From Anaerolineae bacterium (GTDB taxonomy: Bacteria > Chloroflexota > Anaerolineae > JACIWR01), in contig JACIWR010000001.1 in the NCBI GenBank assembly GCA_014360845.1, positions 1 to 58,021 on the forward strand: DNA of 58,021 bases, read 5' to 3'. Position numbers and translations under genes: made by a program. This document shows positions 16,959 through 26,626 of the stretch, piece by piece (within the stretch, counting starts at the first letter, position 1; each line of letters begins with the position of its first letter). Under the pieces are notes generated by a model. The model was not told where the DNA came from, made no database searches, and worked only from the letters and a program-made list of their open reading frames with translations.

Positions 16959-19061
16959 CTATTCGTCCAGCAGAATTCGCGCATCCAAAATGCTATACCC
17001 GTTTTCATAGACGCGCACCGGATTCAAGTCAATTTCCTTGATTTGCGGATACCGCGCGGCTAACTGTGACACTTGTGACAACAATGCCGCTACACTGGCG
17101 ATGTCTTTTGGGCTCTCGCCGCGCATACCCTGCAACAGGCGATAGCTCTTGGTCTCCTTGATCATGTCCAGCGCGACCTCTTGATCGAACGGCGCGACGC
17201 GGAAACTCACATCCTTGAACAGCTCCACAAACACGCCGCCCATGCCGAACATGATGGTGGGACCGAACTGGGCGTCGCGCACCATCCCGATGATCACTTC
17301 GGGGCCCGGTGGCGCCATCGGCACGACCAGCACGCCGTGAATGTCCGCGGCCACTGCCGCGCGCTTGACGTCACTCACCAACTGATCATACCCCTGCCCC
17401 ACCGCCTCGCGCCCTTGCAGATTGAGCCGGACGCCGCCGACGTCACTCTTGTGGATGACCTGCGGCGAGACCACCTTGAGCGCGACGGGGCCGCCCATTT
17501 CCATCGCGGCGCGCTGCGCTTCTTCGCGGGTCCGCGCCAGAACGTGGGGCATCACCGCGATGCCATTATCGCTGAGAAACTCGAGCGCCTCGGGCTCCAG
17601 CAGGTGACGCCCTTCTGCAATCGCGCCATCGAGGATCGGGTGATGAGCGGCAGGCACATCGTCAAGGGGATGGCTCACGCTGAAGGTGGCCTGGGTCAAC
17701 ATCGCCAGGGCGCGCACGGCCTCATCGGGCGCATCGAAGGTGGGGATGCCGTTCTCTTCGAGATAGCGGCGCGTTTCCACCACCGTTTCATTGACCGTGA
17801 AACAGGTCACGACCGGTTTGCCGCATTCCTTGACGACGGGCACAATGGCCTGCGCGACGTCCATGGCGGGCAGGAACGTGGGCGGGATGGCGTTCAACAC
17901 CACCATATCCACATTGGGATCGGACAGGACGAGGCGCATGGCCTCGCCGAATTCCTGCGCCATGGCGGCGGCGGAGGTGTCCACGTAGCCGTTCGGTTTG
18001 CAGACCATGGCCATCGGCGGCAACAGAGCGGTCAGTTTCTCGCACGTCTCCCGGCTCATCGGTGCCAGTTCCAACACGCCGCTGGCTGCCACCTCGTCCG
18101 TGCTGATGACCCCCAGGCCGCCGGCTTCGGTGAGGATGCACACCCGGTTGCCGCGGGGTTTGGGCAACATGGAAATCGCCTTGGCGCCGGCGATCAGGTC
18201 GTGCATCGTGTTCGCGCGCACGACGCCGCACTGCTTGAACGCGCCGCTGTACACCGCATCCGCACCGGCAAGCGTGCCGGTGTGCGAAAGCGTCGCCCTG
18301 GCACCGATCTCAGTGCGCCCCACTTTGAGCACGAGCACCGGCTTCTTTTTGGTCACCTGGGCCGCGACGCGCATAAACTCCCGACCGTCTCTGACCCCTT
18401 CGAGATAGACCAGAATCACCTTGATCTTGGGATCATTGCCGTAATCCTCGATCAGTTCCACGTTGGACACATCGCACATGTTGCCGACGTGACCGAATCG
18501 CGCAAAGCCCAGCGGCTTGGGCTGGCTGAGGGCCAGCGTCACGAGCGAGCCGCCCAGGGCGCCGCTCTGCGTCACGTAACCGAGGTTGCCGGGGACGAGG
18601 CTGACCCCCGGATGAAAACCGGTGACGAGTTTCAGCTCCGGGTTCATGATCCCGATGCAATTGGGCCCGAACACGCGGATGCCGGCGCGCCGGGCGATCT
18701 CGGCGAGTTGCCTTTGCGCCTCGACCCTTTCCGGGATACCGGTTTCGGCGAAGCCGCCGGAGAGCACCACAGCGCCTTTGACATCGCCGCGCTGTGCAGC
18801 TTCCTCCATCACGCTGAGGACTGCCTTGCCCGGCAGGCTGATCACGATGAGATCGAGCGGTTCCTTGATCTCGGTGATGGAACTGTAGCACGGCAGACCC
18901 AAGATTTCTCTCTCGTTGGGGTTGACCGGATAAATCTTGCCCAGGTATCCGACGGCGAGCAGCGTGCGCACAACCTGATGCCCCGCTTTGAACGGGTCCT
19001 TTGATGCGCCGACGACGGCGACTGAGCGTGATTCGAAAACTTGTTGCAGAGAGGTGGTCAT
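16959..19061 (-). CDS. ADP-forming acyl-CoA synthetase (acetate--CoA ligase family, fused alpha/beta: CoA-binding, ligase-CoA and ATP-grasp)
   Basis: SVAVVGASKDPFKAGHQV CoA-binding N-terminus and ATP-grasp C-terminus. Start at MTTSLQQVF chosen by homology. An alternative ATG lies at 19109. Confidence 0.8.
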   Translation of the reverse strand: MTTSLQQVFESRSVAVVGASKDPFKAGHQVVRTLLAVGYLGKIYPVNPNEREILGLPCYSSITEIKEPLDLIVISLPGKAVLSVMEEAAQRGDVKGAVVLSGGFAETGIPERVEAQRQLAEIARRAGIRVFGPNCIGIMNPELKLVTGFHPGVSLVPGNLGYVTQSGALGGSLVTLALSQPKPLGFARFGHVGNMCDVSNVELIEDYGNDPKIKVILVYLEGVRDGREFMRVAAQVTKKKPVLVLKVGRTEIGARATLSHTGTLAGADAVYSGAFKQCGVVRANTMHDLIAGAKAISMLPKPRGNRVCILTEAGGLGVISTDEVAASGVLELAPMSRETCEKLTALLPPMAMVCKPNGYVDTSAAAMAQEFGEAMRLVLSDPNVDMVVLNAIPPTFLPAMDVAQAIVPVVKECGKPVVTCFTVNETVVETRRYLEENGIPTFDAPDEAVRALAMLTQATFSVSHPLDDVPAAHHPILDGAIAEGRHLLEPEALEFLSDNGIAVMPHVLARTREEAQRAAMEMGGPVALKVVSPQVIHKSDVGGVRLNLQGREAVGQGYDQLVSDVKRAAVAADIHGVLVVPMAPPGPEVIIGMVRDAQFGPTIMFGMGGVFVELFKDVSFRVAPFDQEVALDMIKETKSYRLLQGMRGESPKDIASVAALLSQVSQLAARYPQIKEIDLNPVRVYENGYSILDARILLDE

Positions 19062-19115
19062 GCTAATGCTCTCTGCATTTCTCTGAGGGACGGAATGCGC
19101 AATACGCATCACGTA

Positions 19116-21002
19116 TCACGTCTCCTCTCCGGTGAAAACCGGCTGGCGCTTTTCGATGAAGGCCTGCATGCCTTCCACGCGATCCGGCGTCGCCATCACT
19201 TCGATGGCCCGGTCCAGTTCGAACGCCAATCCCTCGTCGAGAGGCAATTGTTGCGTCGCCAGAATCGCGGCCTTGGCCTTGGCGAGGGCCACCGGCGCCC
19301 GCGACGCAATGCGCTCCGCCAACTGGCGCGCCGTCTCCATCAGCTTCGCCGGCTCGACGACACGATTCACCAGCCCGACCCGCGCGGCCTCCTCAGCGCC
19401 AATCAAATCGCCAGTGAAGATAAGCTCCGAGGCAACGCCACGTCCCACCAATCGCGTCGTGCGTTGCGTGCCGCCCAGACCGGGCATAATGCCCAGGCCG
19501 ACCTCCGGCAGGCCCAGGCGCGCGTCGGACGAGGCGATGCGAATGTCGCAGGCGAGGGCGACTTCCAATCCGCCGCCGAGGGCGAAGCCGTTGATGGCGG
19601 CGATAACGGGTTGCGGCAGGGTCTCAATGTCGCGCAGAACGCCCTGACCGAACTCGGTGAACTCGCGGATGGCGTCGGGCTGGGCTGCCAGCGCCTGCAT
19701 CTCTTTGATGTCCGCGCCAGCAATGAAAGCATTGCCTTCGCCGGTGAGAATGACGACGCGCACGGCGCGATTGGCGCGCACTTGCGCGAGCGCGTCTTTC
19801 AGTTCCTGTAACACCTTCCTGTTGAGGGCGTTCAACGCTTCGGGACGGCTCATCGTGATGGTGGCAATAGCGCCGTCAACGGACAAACGCACGTGGCGCA
19901 GGGGCCAGGGCTTGCCGCTCGCCACCTGCTTCTTGAGCAGGTCGGGAATGAACCCCGGATGCCTCTCCTCGATGGGTTTCATCAGCTCCAGGGCATGCTC
20001 CAATCCCATGTCGTTCATCAGCGCGAAGGGTCCCTTGGCCCAGCGCAGGCCGATGGTCGCGCCGCGGTCCACATCCTCGATCGTCGCCACCCCCTCTTCG
20101 ACGACCCGCGCGGCGACACCGCACACCACGCCCAGCAGACGCTCGGCGACGGCCTGTTTGCGGGTTGGGTCCACCTCGCCGGACAGGTCCCACAACTGAT
20201 TCGACTCATACAGCTCGCGCAAGTGCTTCGCCGGCTTGTAGAACTCGCCCAGCGATTCGTAGAGCGAAGCCGCTCCGTGATATGCGAGGAACACGCCCGA
20301 CACATTGATGAGCTTGAACGGGCCCATGCCGATGCCGAAGGTCTCACACGCCGCCTCATCAATCGTCGGGATGTTCGCCACGCCTTCATCCAGCAAGCGA
20401 GCTGCTTCGTTGTACCACGCAATGAAGAAACGATTGACGGCAAACCCCGGCGAATCCAGAACGAGGATCGGCAACTTGCCAGTCAGGCGACCGAAGTTCA
20501 ACAGCGTCTCGATGACTTCGGGCACGGTTTCTTTCGTTCGCACGACTTCCAGCAGTTTGTTGATGACCGGGGGGAAGAAATAGTGCAACCCGCCAAACAG
20601 GTGCGGGCGCTTCGTCACCGCTGCCAGTTCCGCCACGCGGAAGGTGGATGTGTTGGTCGCGAAGATCGTGCTGGGTTTGCAGATTTGATCCAGTTCGGCG
20701 AACAGGGCCTCTTTGGCGTCGCGCACCTCGGTGATGGCCTCGATCACGAGATCGCAATCCGCCAGATCGGACAGATCCGTCGTGCCTTGGATGCGCGCCC
20801 ACACCTCATCGCGGCGCTCAGGCGTCATTTTGCCCTTCTCAATGCCCTTCGCCATAAAATCGCGAATCCGCTGCAGACCCTTATCCAGCAATTCCTGGGT
20901 CGGCTCGCGCACGATCGTGGTGAATCCTCCCTCTGCTGCCGTCTGCGCGATGCCTGACCCCATCAATCCGCAACCGACGACTCCAACTTTTTTGATCTCC
21001 AT
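19116..21002 (-). CDS. Fused 3-hydroxyacyl-CoA dehydrogenase (N-terminal) / enoyl-CoA hydratase (C-terminal)
   Basis: Start at MEIKKVGVVGCGLMGSGIAQ (ATG at 21002, AAGGAGGAA SD). Crotonase block VVILTGEGNAFIAGADIKEM. Confidence 0.85.
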   Translation of the reverse strand: MEIKKVGVVGCGLMGSGIAQTAAEGGFTTIVREPTQELLDKGLQRIRDFMAKGIEKGKMTPERRDEVWARIQGTTDLSDLADCDLVIEAITEVRDAKEALFAELDQICKPSTIFATNTSTFRVAELAAVTKRPHLFGGLHYFFPPVINKLLEVVRTKETVPEVIETLLNFGRLTGKLPILVLDSPGFAVNRFFIAWYNEAARLLDEGVANIPTIDEAACETFGIGMGPFKLINVSGVFLAYHGAASLYESLGEFYKPAKHLRELYESNQLWDLSGEVDPTRKQAVAERLLGVVCGVAARVVEEGVATIEDVDRGATIGLRWAKGPFALMNDMGLEHALELMKPIEERHPGFIPDLLKKQVASGKPWPLRHVRLSVDGAIATITMSRPEALNALNRKVLQELKDALAQVRANRAVRVVILTGEGNAFIAGADIKEMQALAAQPDAIREFTEFGQGVLRDIETLPQPVIAAINGFALGGGLEVALACDIRIASSDARLGLPEVGLGIMPGLGGTQRTTRLVGRGVASELIFTGDLIGAEEAARVGLVNRVVEPAKLMETARQLAERIASRAPVALAKAKAAILATQQLPLDEGLAFELDRAIEVMATPDRVEGMQAFIEKRQPVFTGEET

Positions 21003-21091
21003 CGTTCCTCCTTTGACTAAAAGCCTATTCGAAAAGCTGTAGGACGGGCTTTCCAGCCTGCCTGGACAGCCTGGAAAAGCTATGTTACGTC

Positions 21092-22288
21092 TTAAGACAC
21101 CTCGATCACCAGGGCGGCCCCTGAATCGCCGGCCGCGCAACCGGCCACCAATCCATAACCGCCGCCTTTCAGAACCAGCTCCTCGATCAGTTCAATGGCC
21201 AACCTCATGGTGGTAGGCCCTTGAGGGTGTCCCCAAATCAGGGAGCATCCGTAGTTGTTGAATATTTTATCGTCTATCCCCAACTCTTTTCTCATGACGA
21301 TATCGTTCACGGAAAAGGGGTTATGGGTTTTAACCGCCGCCAGGTCTGTCACCGCTATGCCCGCCTTTTCCAGGGCCCGCATTGCCGCCGGGATTGGGGC
21401 CTCAGGCATGTGGGCCTTTTCGGCACGGGCAAACCCATAGGAGAGAATCTGGATGGTCACAGACTTGTCGGCGGAAAGCTCATCGGCTCTCTCCTTCGTG
21501 GTGACGATCATGCCGGCATTTCCATCGGCCGGATGGGTCTGGGCAGCGAAGGTCAGAATGGAATCCGGGGCAGCCGGCTTCAGCTTGGCCAGGCCCTCGG
21601 GGGTGCAGGGGATAATCCCTTCGTCCTCTTCCACGATAATGGTTTCTTTCCTGGAAAGCCTGACTTCCAGAGGGAGCATATAGCCTTTCTGGAACTTGCG
21701 GTCCTCAGCCAGGGCATCCAGATACTTGTTGTATCGGTTGAGAACCAGGGCATCGGATTCTTCCCGGGTGATGCCGTGCTTCCTGGCGACGTTGTCGGCC
21801 GTACCCAAGGGGCTGGTCTCGGCAACAGGGTCCCAGTTGAAACCGTCCATCATCCAGCTTTCGAAATGCGGCTTTCCGCCGGGGCCCGAAGGGTTCGGCC
21901 AGAGGATGTTCGGGCAATTCGACGTTCGGTCTGCGGTGACCACCAATATAGTGGTGTTGCTTCCCACCTCGACGAAAGACGCAGCATAATTGAGGCAAAC
22001 GGTAGAGGTGGCGCACGCCTGAGAGACCCGGGGGCCGCTGATGTTGGGATTGCCCATCAGCGTGGCCAAATAGGGAGCATCAAAAAACCACTGCCGTTGG
22101 GGAATAGTCGCGCCGTAGACGATGCCGTCGAAGACATCGGGCGTGATGCCGCGCAGTTCCAAGAACCGTTTCGCCGCGACCGCGGCCAGTTCCGTGGCAT
22201 TTTCATTTTGCAGCGATCCCTGCCAACGACAGAAAGGCGAGCACCAGTATCCTTTGTAGGGAACATAGACGTTTTTAAACATTGCCAT
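21092..22288 (-). CDS. Thiolase-family acetyl-CoA acyltransferase
   Basis: 398 aa. Active-site Cys context VSQACATS and C-terminal GCAAGDSGAALVIEV. The start may be the third codon (ATG at 22282), judging by SD spacing. Confidence 0.8.
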   Translation of the reverse strand: MAMFKNVYVPYKGYWCSPFCRWQGSLQNENATELAAVAAKRFLELRGITPDVFDGIVYGATIPQRQWFFDAPYLATLMGNPNISGPRVSQACATSTVCLNYAASFVEVGSNTTILVVTADRTSNCPNILWPNPSGPGGKPHFESWMMDGFNWDPVAETSPLGTADNVARKHGITREESDALVLNRYNKYLDALAEDRKFQKGYMLPLEVRLSRKETIIVEEDEGIIPCTPEGLAKLKPAAPDSILTFAAQTHPADGNAGMIVTTKERADELSADKSVTIQILSYGFARAEKAHMPEAPIPAAMRALEKAGIAVTDLAAVKTHNPFSVNDIVMRKELGIDDKIFNNYGCSLIWGHPQGPTTMRLAIELIEELVLKGGGYGLVAGCAAGDSGAALVIEVS

Positions 22289-22291
22289 CTC

Positions 22292-22447
22292 CTAACCCGG
22301 TAAGCTGGAGCCAGAAACCTGACCACAAAGGACACAAAGAGCACGAAGGGGACTGCGTTTTTTCCCCTTTGCGACCTGGGAGTCCTTCGTGTCCTTTGTG
22401 GTGAAATTCTTGCCCAACGAGCAAGGGTCTCACTCGGAAGGCACTAC
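22292..22447. repeat. Repeat family R3 (ccacaaaggacacaaagagcacgaagg...ccttcgtgtcctttgtgg...cttgcccaacgagcaagg), copy a
   Basis: Aligns in direct orientation with 25216..25360. Confidence 0.8.
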
Positions 22448-22469
22448 TGCCCTGCCCCGGGCAGAAGCA

Positions 22470-23801
22470 CTAAATGATCCCGGCCTCTTTCAGCTTCTTC
22501 AGCTTGCGAGGACCGAAACCCATGTACTTGAGGTAGATGTGTTCATTGTCGTAGCCCACGGGTCGGCAGACCCACTTCGTTCTGGCGGGCGTTTCAGTCA
22601 TTTTGTATTGTGCCTGGGCTACGGTGACCTCACCATATACGGGGTCTTCAACCGGGGTGAAGATACCTCGATCCAGCCAGTTAGCATCGCGCATGGTCTC
22701 ATCAGGGGAGCAAACGGGCGCCACCACCGGGGTAATGGGGGCCAGACGGCCTTTCTGGCCATACTCCACAGCCATGCTGACCAGCTCCTCATTGGTGTAC
22801 TTGCGCGTTTCGGCGAAGACCAGCTCCGCCCACTTCAATTGCTCCTCTTTCTCCGAGAACGCCGCCAGGTCCGTCCAGTTCGCTGCGCCCCACTCGTCCC
22901 ATTTCCCCAACATGTCGGCAAAGGCCTGCCACATCTCCAAACGGAGGCCGCCCAGAAAGACGGCGCCGTCTTTGGTCGGCGCGAAGCAATACAGCCAACC
23001 ACCCGTATTCAGGTTGCCAAAGCGCTCATTGATGACCCCCGCCCCCTGATACCACACCGAAGCCCAGTCCTCCAGCGAGGCATAAGATTCGGCTGAGGCA
23101 ATATCCAGCGCCTGTCCTTCTCCGGTCATCTCTCTCCAATGCAGGGCGGCCAGGATGCCCACTGCCATGAATGTTCCTGACACGACCCAACCTATCCAGG
23201 GGCCGGCCTTGGTGGGGACGGCCCACGGGCACTCATCGTAGGTCTTGCCTTCCGGCAGCATCTCGCCGGTATCATATTGGTTCGCCGATCTGGCCTGGAT
23301 GATGTTGTCGTAGTCCGCCATCCGGCTGTGGCTCATGGGTCCGAACTGCCCCAACGCCGTGATGGAGGCGAAGATTAGCCGGGGATTGATCTTACTCAGT
23401 TCCTCGTAGCCGAGGCCCCACTCATCCATGACCCCCGGTCTAAAGGTCTCTATAAGCACATCGGCCTGAGCCGCGAGCCCCTTGAGAATCCCTCTGGCCT
23501 CCGGCTTTTCCAGGTTCAGGGTGATATGGAACTTGTTTCTACCCTCGGACAGGTAGTTGAGACCCTCGCCCTTGTACAGTATGCCGTAGGGAGTACATGT
23601 CCTGAGAAAATCACCCTCCGGGGGCTCCACCCTCAAGACCTCAGCGCCAAACTCGGCCAACATCGAAGAGCAGTAACATCCCGCAAAGGACTTGTAGCTC
23701 AGGTCCAACACGGTGATGTCGTCCAGAGCCTCGGGTTTGGTCCGCGCGATTTTCGGATCATCCCGCTCCCTTATCCAATCTGCCCAAGCCTGTTCTTCCA
23801 T
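22470..23801 (-). CDS. Family III CoA-transferase (CaiB/BaiF/Frc type)
   Basis: 443 aa. ITVLDLSYKSFAGCYCSSMLAEFGAEVLRVEPPEGD is typical of the family. Confidence 0.85.
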   Translation of the reverse strand: MEEQAWADWIRERDDPKIARTKPEALDDITVLDLSYKSFAGCYCSSMLAEFGAEVLRVEPPEGDFLRTCTPYGILYKGEGLNYLSEGRNKFHITLNLEKPEARGILKGLAAQADVLIETFRPGVMDEWGLGYEELSKINPRLIFASITALGQFGPMSHSRMADYDNIIQARSANQYDTGEMLPEGKTYDECPWAVPTKAGPWIGWVVSGTFMAVGILAALHWREMTGEGQALDIASAESYASLEDWASVWYQGAGVINERFGNLNTGGWLYCFAPTKDGAVFLGGLRLEMWQAFADMLGKWDEWGAANWTDLAAFSEKEEQLKWAELVFAETRKYTNEELVSMAVEYGQKGRLAPITPVVAPVCSPDETMRDANWLDRGIFTPVEDPVYGEVTVAQAQYKMTETPARTKWVCRPVGYDNEHIYLKYMGFGPRKLKKLKEAGII

Positions 23802-23841
23802 ACTACCTCCCGCGCTTTGATGTAGTCAACAGAAGTCGGGT

Positions 23842-25188
23842 TCAGTCTCTGGTCATGATTAGCCCGGCCTTGCCATCCCAGTCGGGGGGCGGTCGGCGCC
23901 CGCGCACATCCGCCCACTTGCCCAAGGCACCGCATTCGTATAACTGCCTGATCTCGTCTTCACTCTTGCCCAAGATGTGGGTCATGACGTATTCGTTGTC
24001 AAAGCCCACAGGCCTGATGGACCACCTAACCCTCGGTGGCGTCTTGGACATCATCACGGGGAATTCATAGTCCAGGAACGGGCCGAGAAGAGGGTCGTCA
24101 ACTTCTGTTATAAAGCCGCGCTCGCGGAAGTGTTCATTCTCCACGACGTCCTTGATCGTGTAGAGGCGAGAGGCGGTGAAACCGTGCTTTTCGGCCAACT
24201 CCTCGACCTCCTCAGCGGTCTTGGTTCTCACCCACTCAGCGATGATCCTGAGGATCTCGGTAGCGTTTTCCTCCTGCAGTCGGGTCAGGTGGTCTTTAAA
24301 TCTGGGGTCATCAGCCAGTTCCGGCCTGCCCATGGCGATGCACAGACCCCGGAACTCGTCTGGGTCCGGCGCGGCCAGTGCCAGGAACGTGTCATCGGCG
24401 CAGCGGAACGTGTCGGCAGGGCATAGCGATACGTCCCTGTTTCCCGCCGGCATGGCCCTCTTACCGGTGATATGCTGGTAGGGCCAGACCCAAGACATGG
24501 CCCGCATAATGGCCTCGCTCTGCGACAACTCGATGTATTGCCCCTTCCCGGTCCTGTCCCGATAATGGAGGGCGGCCAGAACGGCCACTTCCCCCATCAA
24601 TGCGCCGTAACTGTCGCAAATATATAAGCGGCTCTTCAGGGGCGGCCGTCCGGGGAAACTCGACATCCAGGCATAGCCGGACATGCCCTGCGCCGCGCCG
24701 TCGTTGCTGGGTCTATTCTCCTCAGCATATTGGCCCCACTGACCAAAACCCGTCTTGGAGATGTAGATAATGCTGGGATTAATCTCTTTGATCTGCCGGT
24801 AGCCAACATTCCAGCGTTCCATTACTCCCGGCCGCAGATTCTCCTCGATGATGTCAGCTTTGGCAGCGAGTTCCCGGAATACCTGCTGGCCCTCGGGCTT
24901 ATGCAAATCCAGACCTATCCAATACTTGTTAGGGTTAGGCCGAATCAACGATGTGCTCTGCTCCTTGAAGAAATAGCCAAAGGGCACCAGGCTGCGCAAC
25001 GTATCCCCCAGAGGGGGCATCTCACACTTGATGACTTCGGCGCCCAGCCTCGACAAGAAACCCGGTCCGGAGGGTCCCAGCAAGAGAGTGCACACTTCCA
25101 ATACCCGGATGCCTTTTAACGGCAACGGCTTGGAAAATTTGCTCTCTTTGTAATTCCTCCAGGTGCTTTCTGCCACAATAACCTCCAC
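23842..25188 (-). CDS. Family III CoA-transferase, second paralog
   Basis: 448 aa. IRVLEVCTLLLGPSGPGFLSRLGAEVIKCEMPPLGD. GTG start; an alternative GTG at 25176 has better GGAGG spacing. Confidence 0.85.
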   Translation of the reverse strand: MEVIVAESTWRNYKESKFSKPLPLKGIRVLEVCTLLLGPSGPGFLSRLGAEVIKCEMPPLGDTLRSLVPFGYFFKEQSTSLIRPNPNKYWIGLDLHKPEGQQVFRELAAKADIIEENLRPGVMERWNVGYRQIKEINPSIIYISKTGFGQWGQYAEENRPSNDGAAQGMSGYAWMSSFPGRPPLKSRLYICDSYGALMGEVAVLAALHYRDRTGKGQYIELSQSEAIMRAMSWVWPYQHITGKRAMPAGNRDVSLCPADTFRCADDTFLALAAPDPDEFRGLCIAMGRPELADDPRFKDHLTRLQEENATEILRIIAEWVRTKTAEEVEELAEKHGFTASRLYTIKDVVENEHFRERGFITEVDDPLLGPFLDYEFPVMMSKTPPRVRWSIRPVGFDNEYVMTHILGKSEDEIRQLYECGALGKWADVRGRRPPPDWDGKAGLIMTRD

Positions 25189-25215
25189 CCTTTCTACCTG
25201 ATTTGGAAACCTGCC

Positions 25216-25360
25216 CTAACCCGGCCAGGCCGGAACCAAAAAGCCTTACCACAAAGGACACAAAGAGCACGAAGGGCACTACGTTTTTCCCCTTGGTGTC
25301 CTTGGAGTCCTTCGTGGTGAAATTCTTGCCCAACGAGCAAGGATCTCACTTGGAAGGTAC
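25216..25360. repeat. Repeat family R3, copy b
   Basis: Direct repeat of 22292..22447. Its end abuts the stop codon of the upstream C_GCAxxG gene. Confidence 0.8.
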
Positions 25361-25989
25361 TACTCCAGGCTCTCGATGATGATCTCCGCCGCCAACCGGG
25401 CCCCTATCCCCGGCAGGAGACCGCATTTCTCAAAGCCCTTCGCCTGCGCAAAGGCCTCCATGTTCTCCGGACTGGCCGCGGGGTCCATATAGCGCCCAAA
25501 CACGACATCCTCGTGTATCTTGGGGCATACCACCGCTCCCACCATCTCCTCAAAGCGGGGCATGAACTTGCGGGCCGCCGCTATGGTGGCCCCGACGGCA
25601 TCGTAATCCAACAAATCATCACTGCCGAAGTAGAGCCCCAGGGCAATCAGCGCTCCGGTCACGCCACCGCACATCCAGCCGGTCCCACCGAAGCCGGGAA
25701 AGGGAGACAGAGCTTTGACGATCTCCATGTTGCCCAGGCCGAACTCCTCCATCACGGCCAGGGCGGTACTCTTGGCACAATTGCGGGCCAGAAAGTTATA
25801 CTCCTCACCCCGGCGCTGCACGCGGTCCAGAATCTCCTGTTTGTGGGCCAAAAGCTCGTCCCGGTCCAACTTCTTCCTGGGGATTCCCTCGGCGGCCAGT
25901 TTCTTATACCGGGCCTCAATAGCCGCCACATCCCAGTCCCTCGCGGCCAGTTCCTCCACCCTTTTCTTCAGAGCTTCATAATCCGGCAT
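25360..25989 (-). CDS. C_GCAxxG_C_C family putative redox-active protein
   Basis: 209 aa. NCAKSTALAVMEEFG, GWMCGGVTGALIALG and later Cys residues (CPKIHE, KCGLLPG). Confidence 0.7.
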   Translation of the reverse strand: MPDYEALKKRVEELAARDWDVAAIEARYKKLAAEGIPRKKLDRDELLAHKQEILDRVQRRGEEYNFLARNCAKSTALAVMEEFGLGNMEIVKALSPFPGFGGTGWMCGGVTGALIALGLYFGSDDLLDYDAVGATIAAARKFMPRFEEMVGAVVCPKIHEDVVFGRYMDPAASPENMEAFAQAKGFEKCGLLPGIGARLAAEIIIESLE

Positions 25990-26023
25990 GGTCTGATCCT
26001 CCTCGTATAATTAGTGCAAAGGC

Positions 26024-26079
26024 GTAGCGGCGGCCCGCCGTGGCCGCGTTCACGAGCGGACAGGGCCGTCCGCCGCTAC
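26024..26079 (-). repeat. Structured repeat family R4, copy 2 (56-nt core) in the leader of the C_GCAxxG gene
   Basis: Sense strand reads GTAGCGGCGGACGGCCCTGTCCGCTCGTGAACGCGGCCACGGCGGGCCGCCGCTAC: a 10-bp closing stem plus two 6-bp hairpins. Confidence 0.75.
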
Positions 26080-26374
26080 ATCTCATAATCTCCTATCTGC
26101 GGTTGGAAAGGTGCTCCGACAGCAGGCTTAGTACAGACTGCCGCAAATTCGCGCCGAGTTTTTCGCGCCAGCACCGGCCTGGAAGAGCCGGTGCTGGGGC
26201 GCTTTTCGGCCTATTTTGGGGCCCAGCGCCGCCTGTTCACGGCGGCGCGGGTTAGCATAACACGGAATGAATTTACGCGCCGCTGTACTTAGCTCAGTGC
26301 GTCCCCCAAATGGCCCATTGACGCCTCATGACCTACTTGACAAATTACCGCTTCGCTTTCGTTCCGCGAGCGTA

Positions 26375-26614
26375 TCACCCGCCGCCGATCGCCTGCAAGA
26401 CGTTTACCGGGACTCCACGCCGTAGCTTATCCTCCGCCTTCAAGACCCGGCCCTCCACAATAACCACGGCCCCCTGGGATTGCGGAATATCCAGCAGGGA
26501 GAGAAGGTCGCGGACCGTAGCCCCCTCGGGCACCTCCACCTCGATGCCCTCCGAAGGCCGGTAAGCGGGAAAACGCTGGCGCAGAGTCCCGTACAGGTTG
26601 ACTCTCACTTTCAT
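26375..26614 (-). CDS. MoaD/ThiS-family beta-grasp protein with C-terminal Gly-Gly(-Gly)
   Basis: 79 aa from ATG 26614 (MKVRVNLYGTLRQRF...LQAIGGG). 12 nt downstream of the AOR stop. Confidence 0.6.
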   Translation of the reverse strand: MKVRVNLYGTLRQRFPAYRPSEGIEVEVPEGATVRDLLSLLDIPQSQGAVVIVEGRVLKAEDKLRRGVPVNVLQAIGGG

Positions 26615-26626
26615 CAACAGCTTCCG

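Noticed and set aside
17181-19004. 607-aa plus-strand ORF antisense to the acyl-CoA synthetase. Similar cases are 14052..15410, 26480..28009, 34573..36081, 19893..20957 and 21221..22303.
   Set aside because: All are mirror frames of strongly supported minus-strand genes, with R/G/H/D-rich low-complexity translations and no start-site signals.
26096-26374. Hairpins CAGCACCGGC-N8-GCCGGTGCTG and GCGCCGCC-N7-GGCGGCGC as terminators after the MoaD-like gene
   Set aside because: On the sense (minus) strand neither is followed by a U-tract. The T-runs are on the plus strand, where no gene precedes them. Left uncalled; they could still be stabilising structures.
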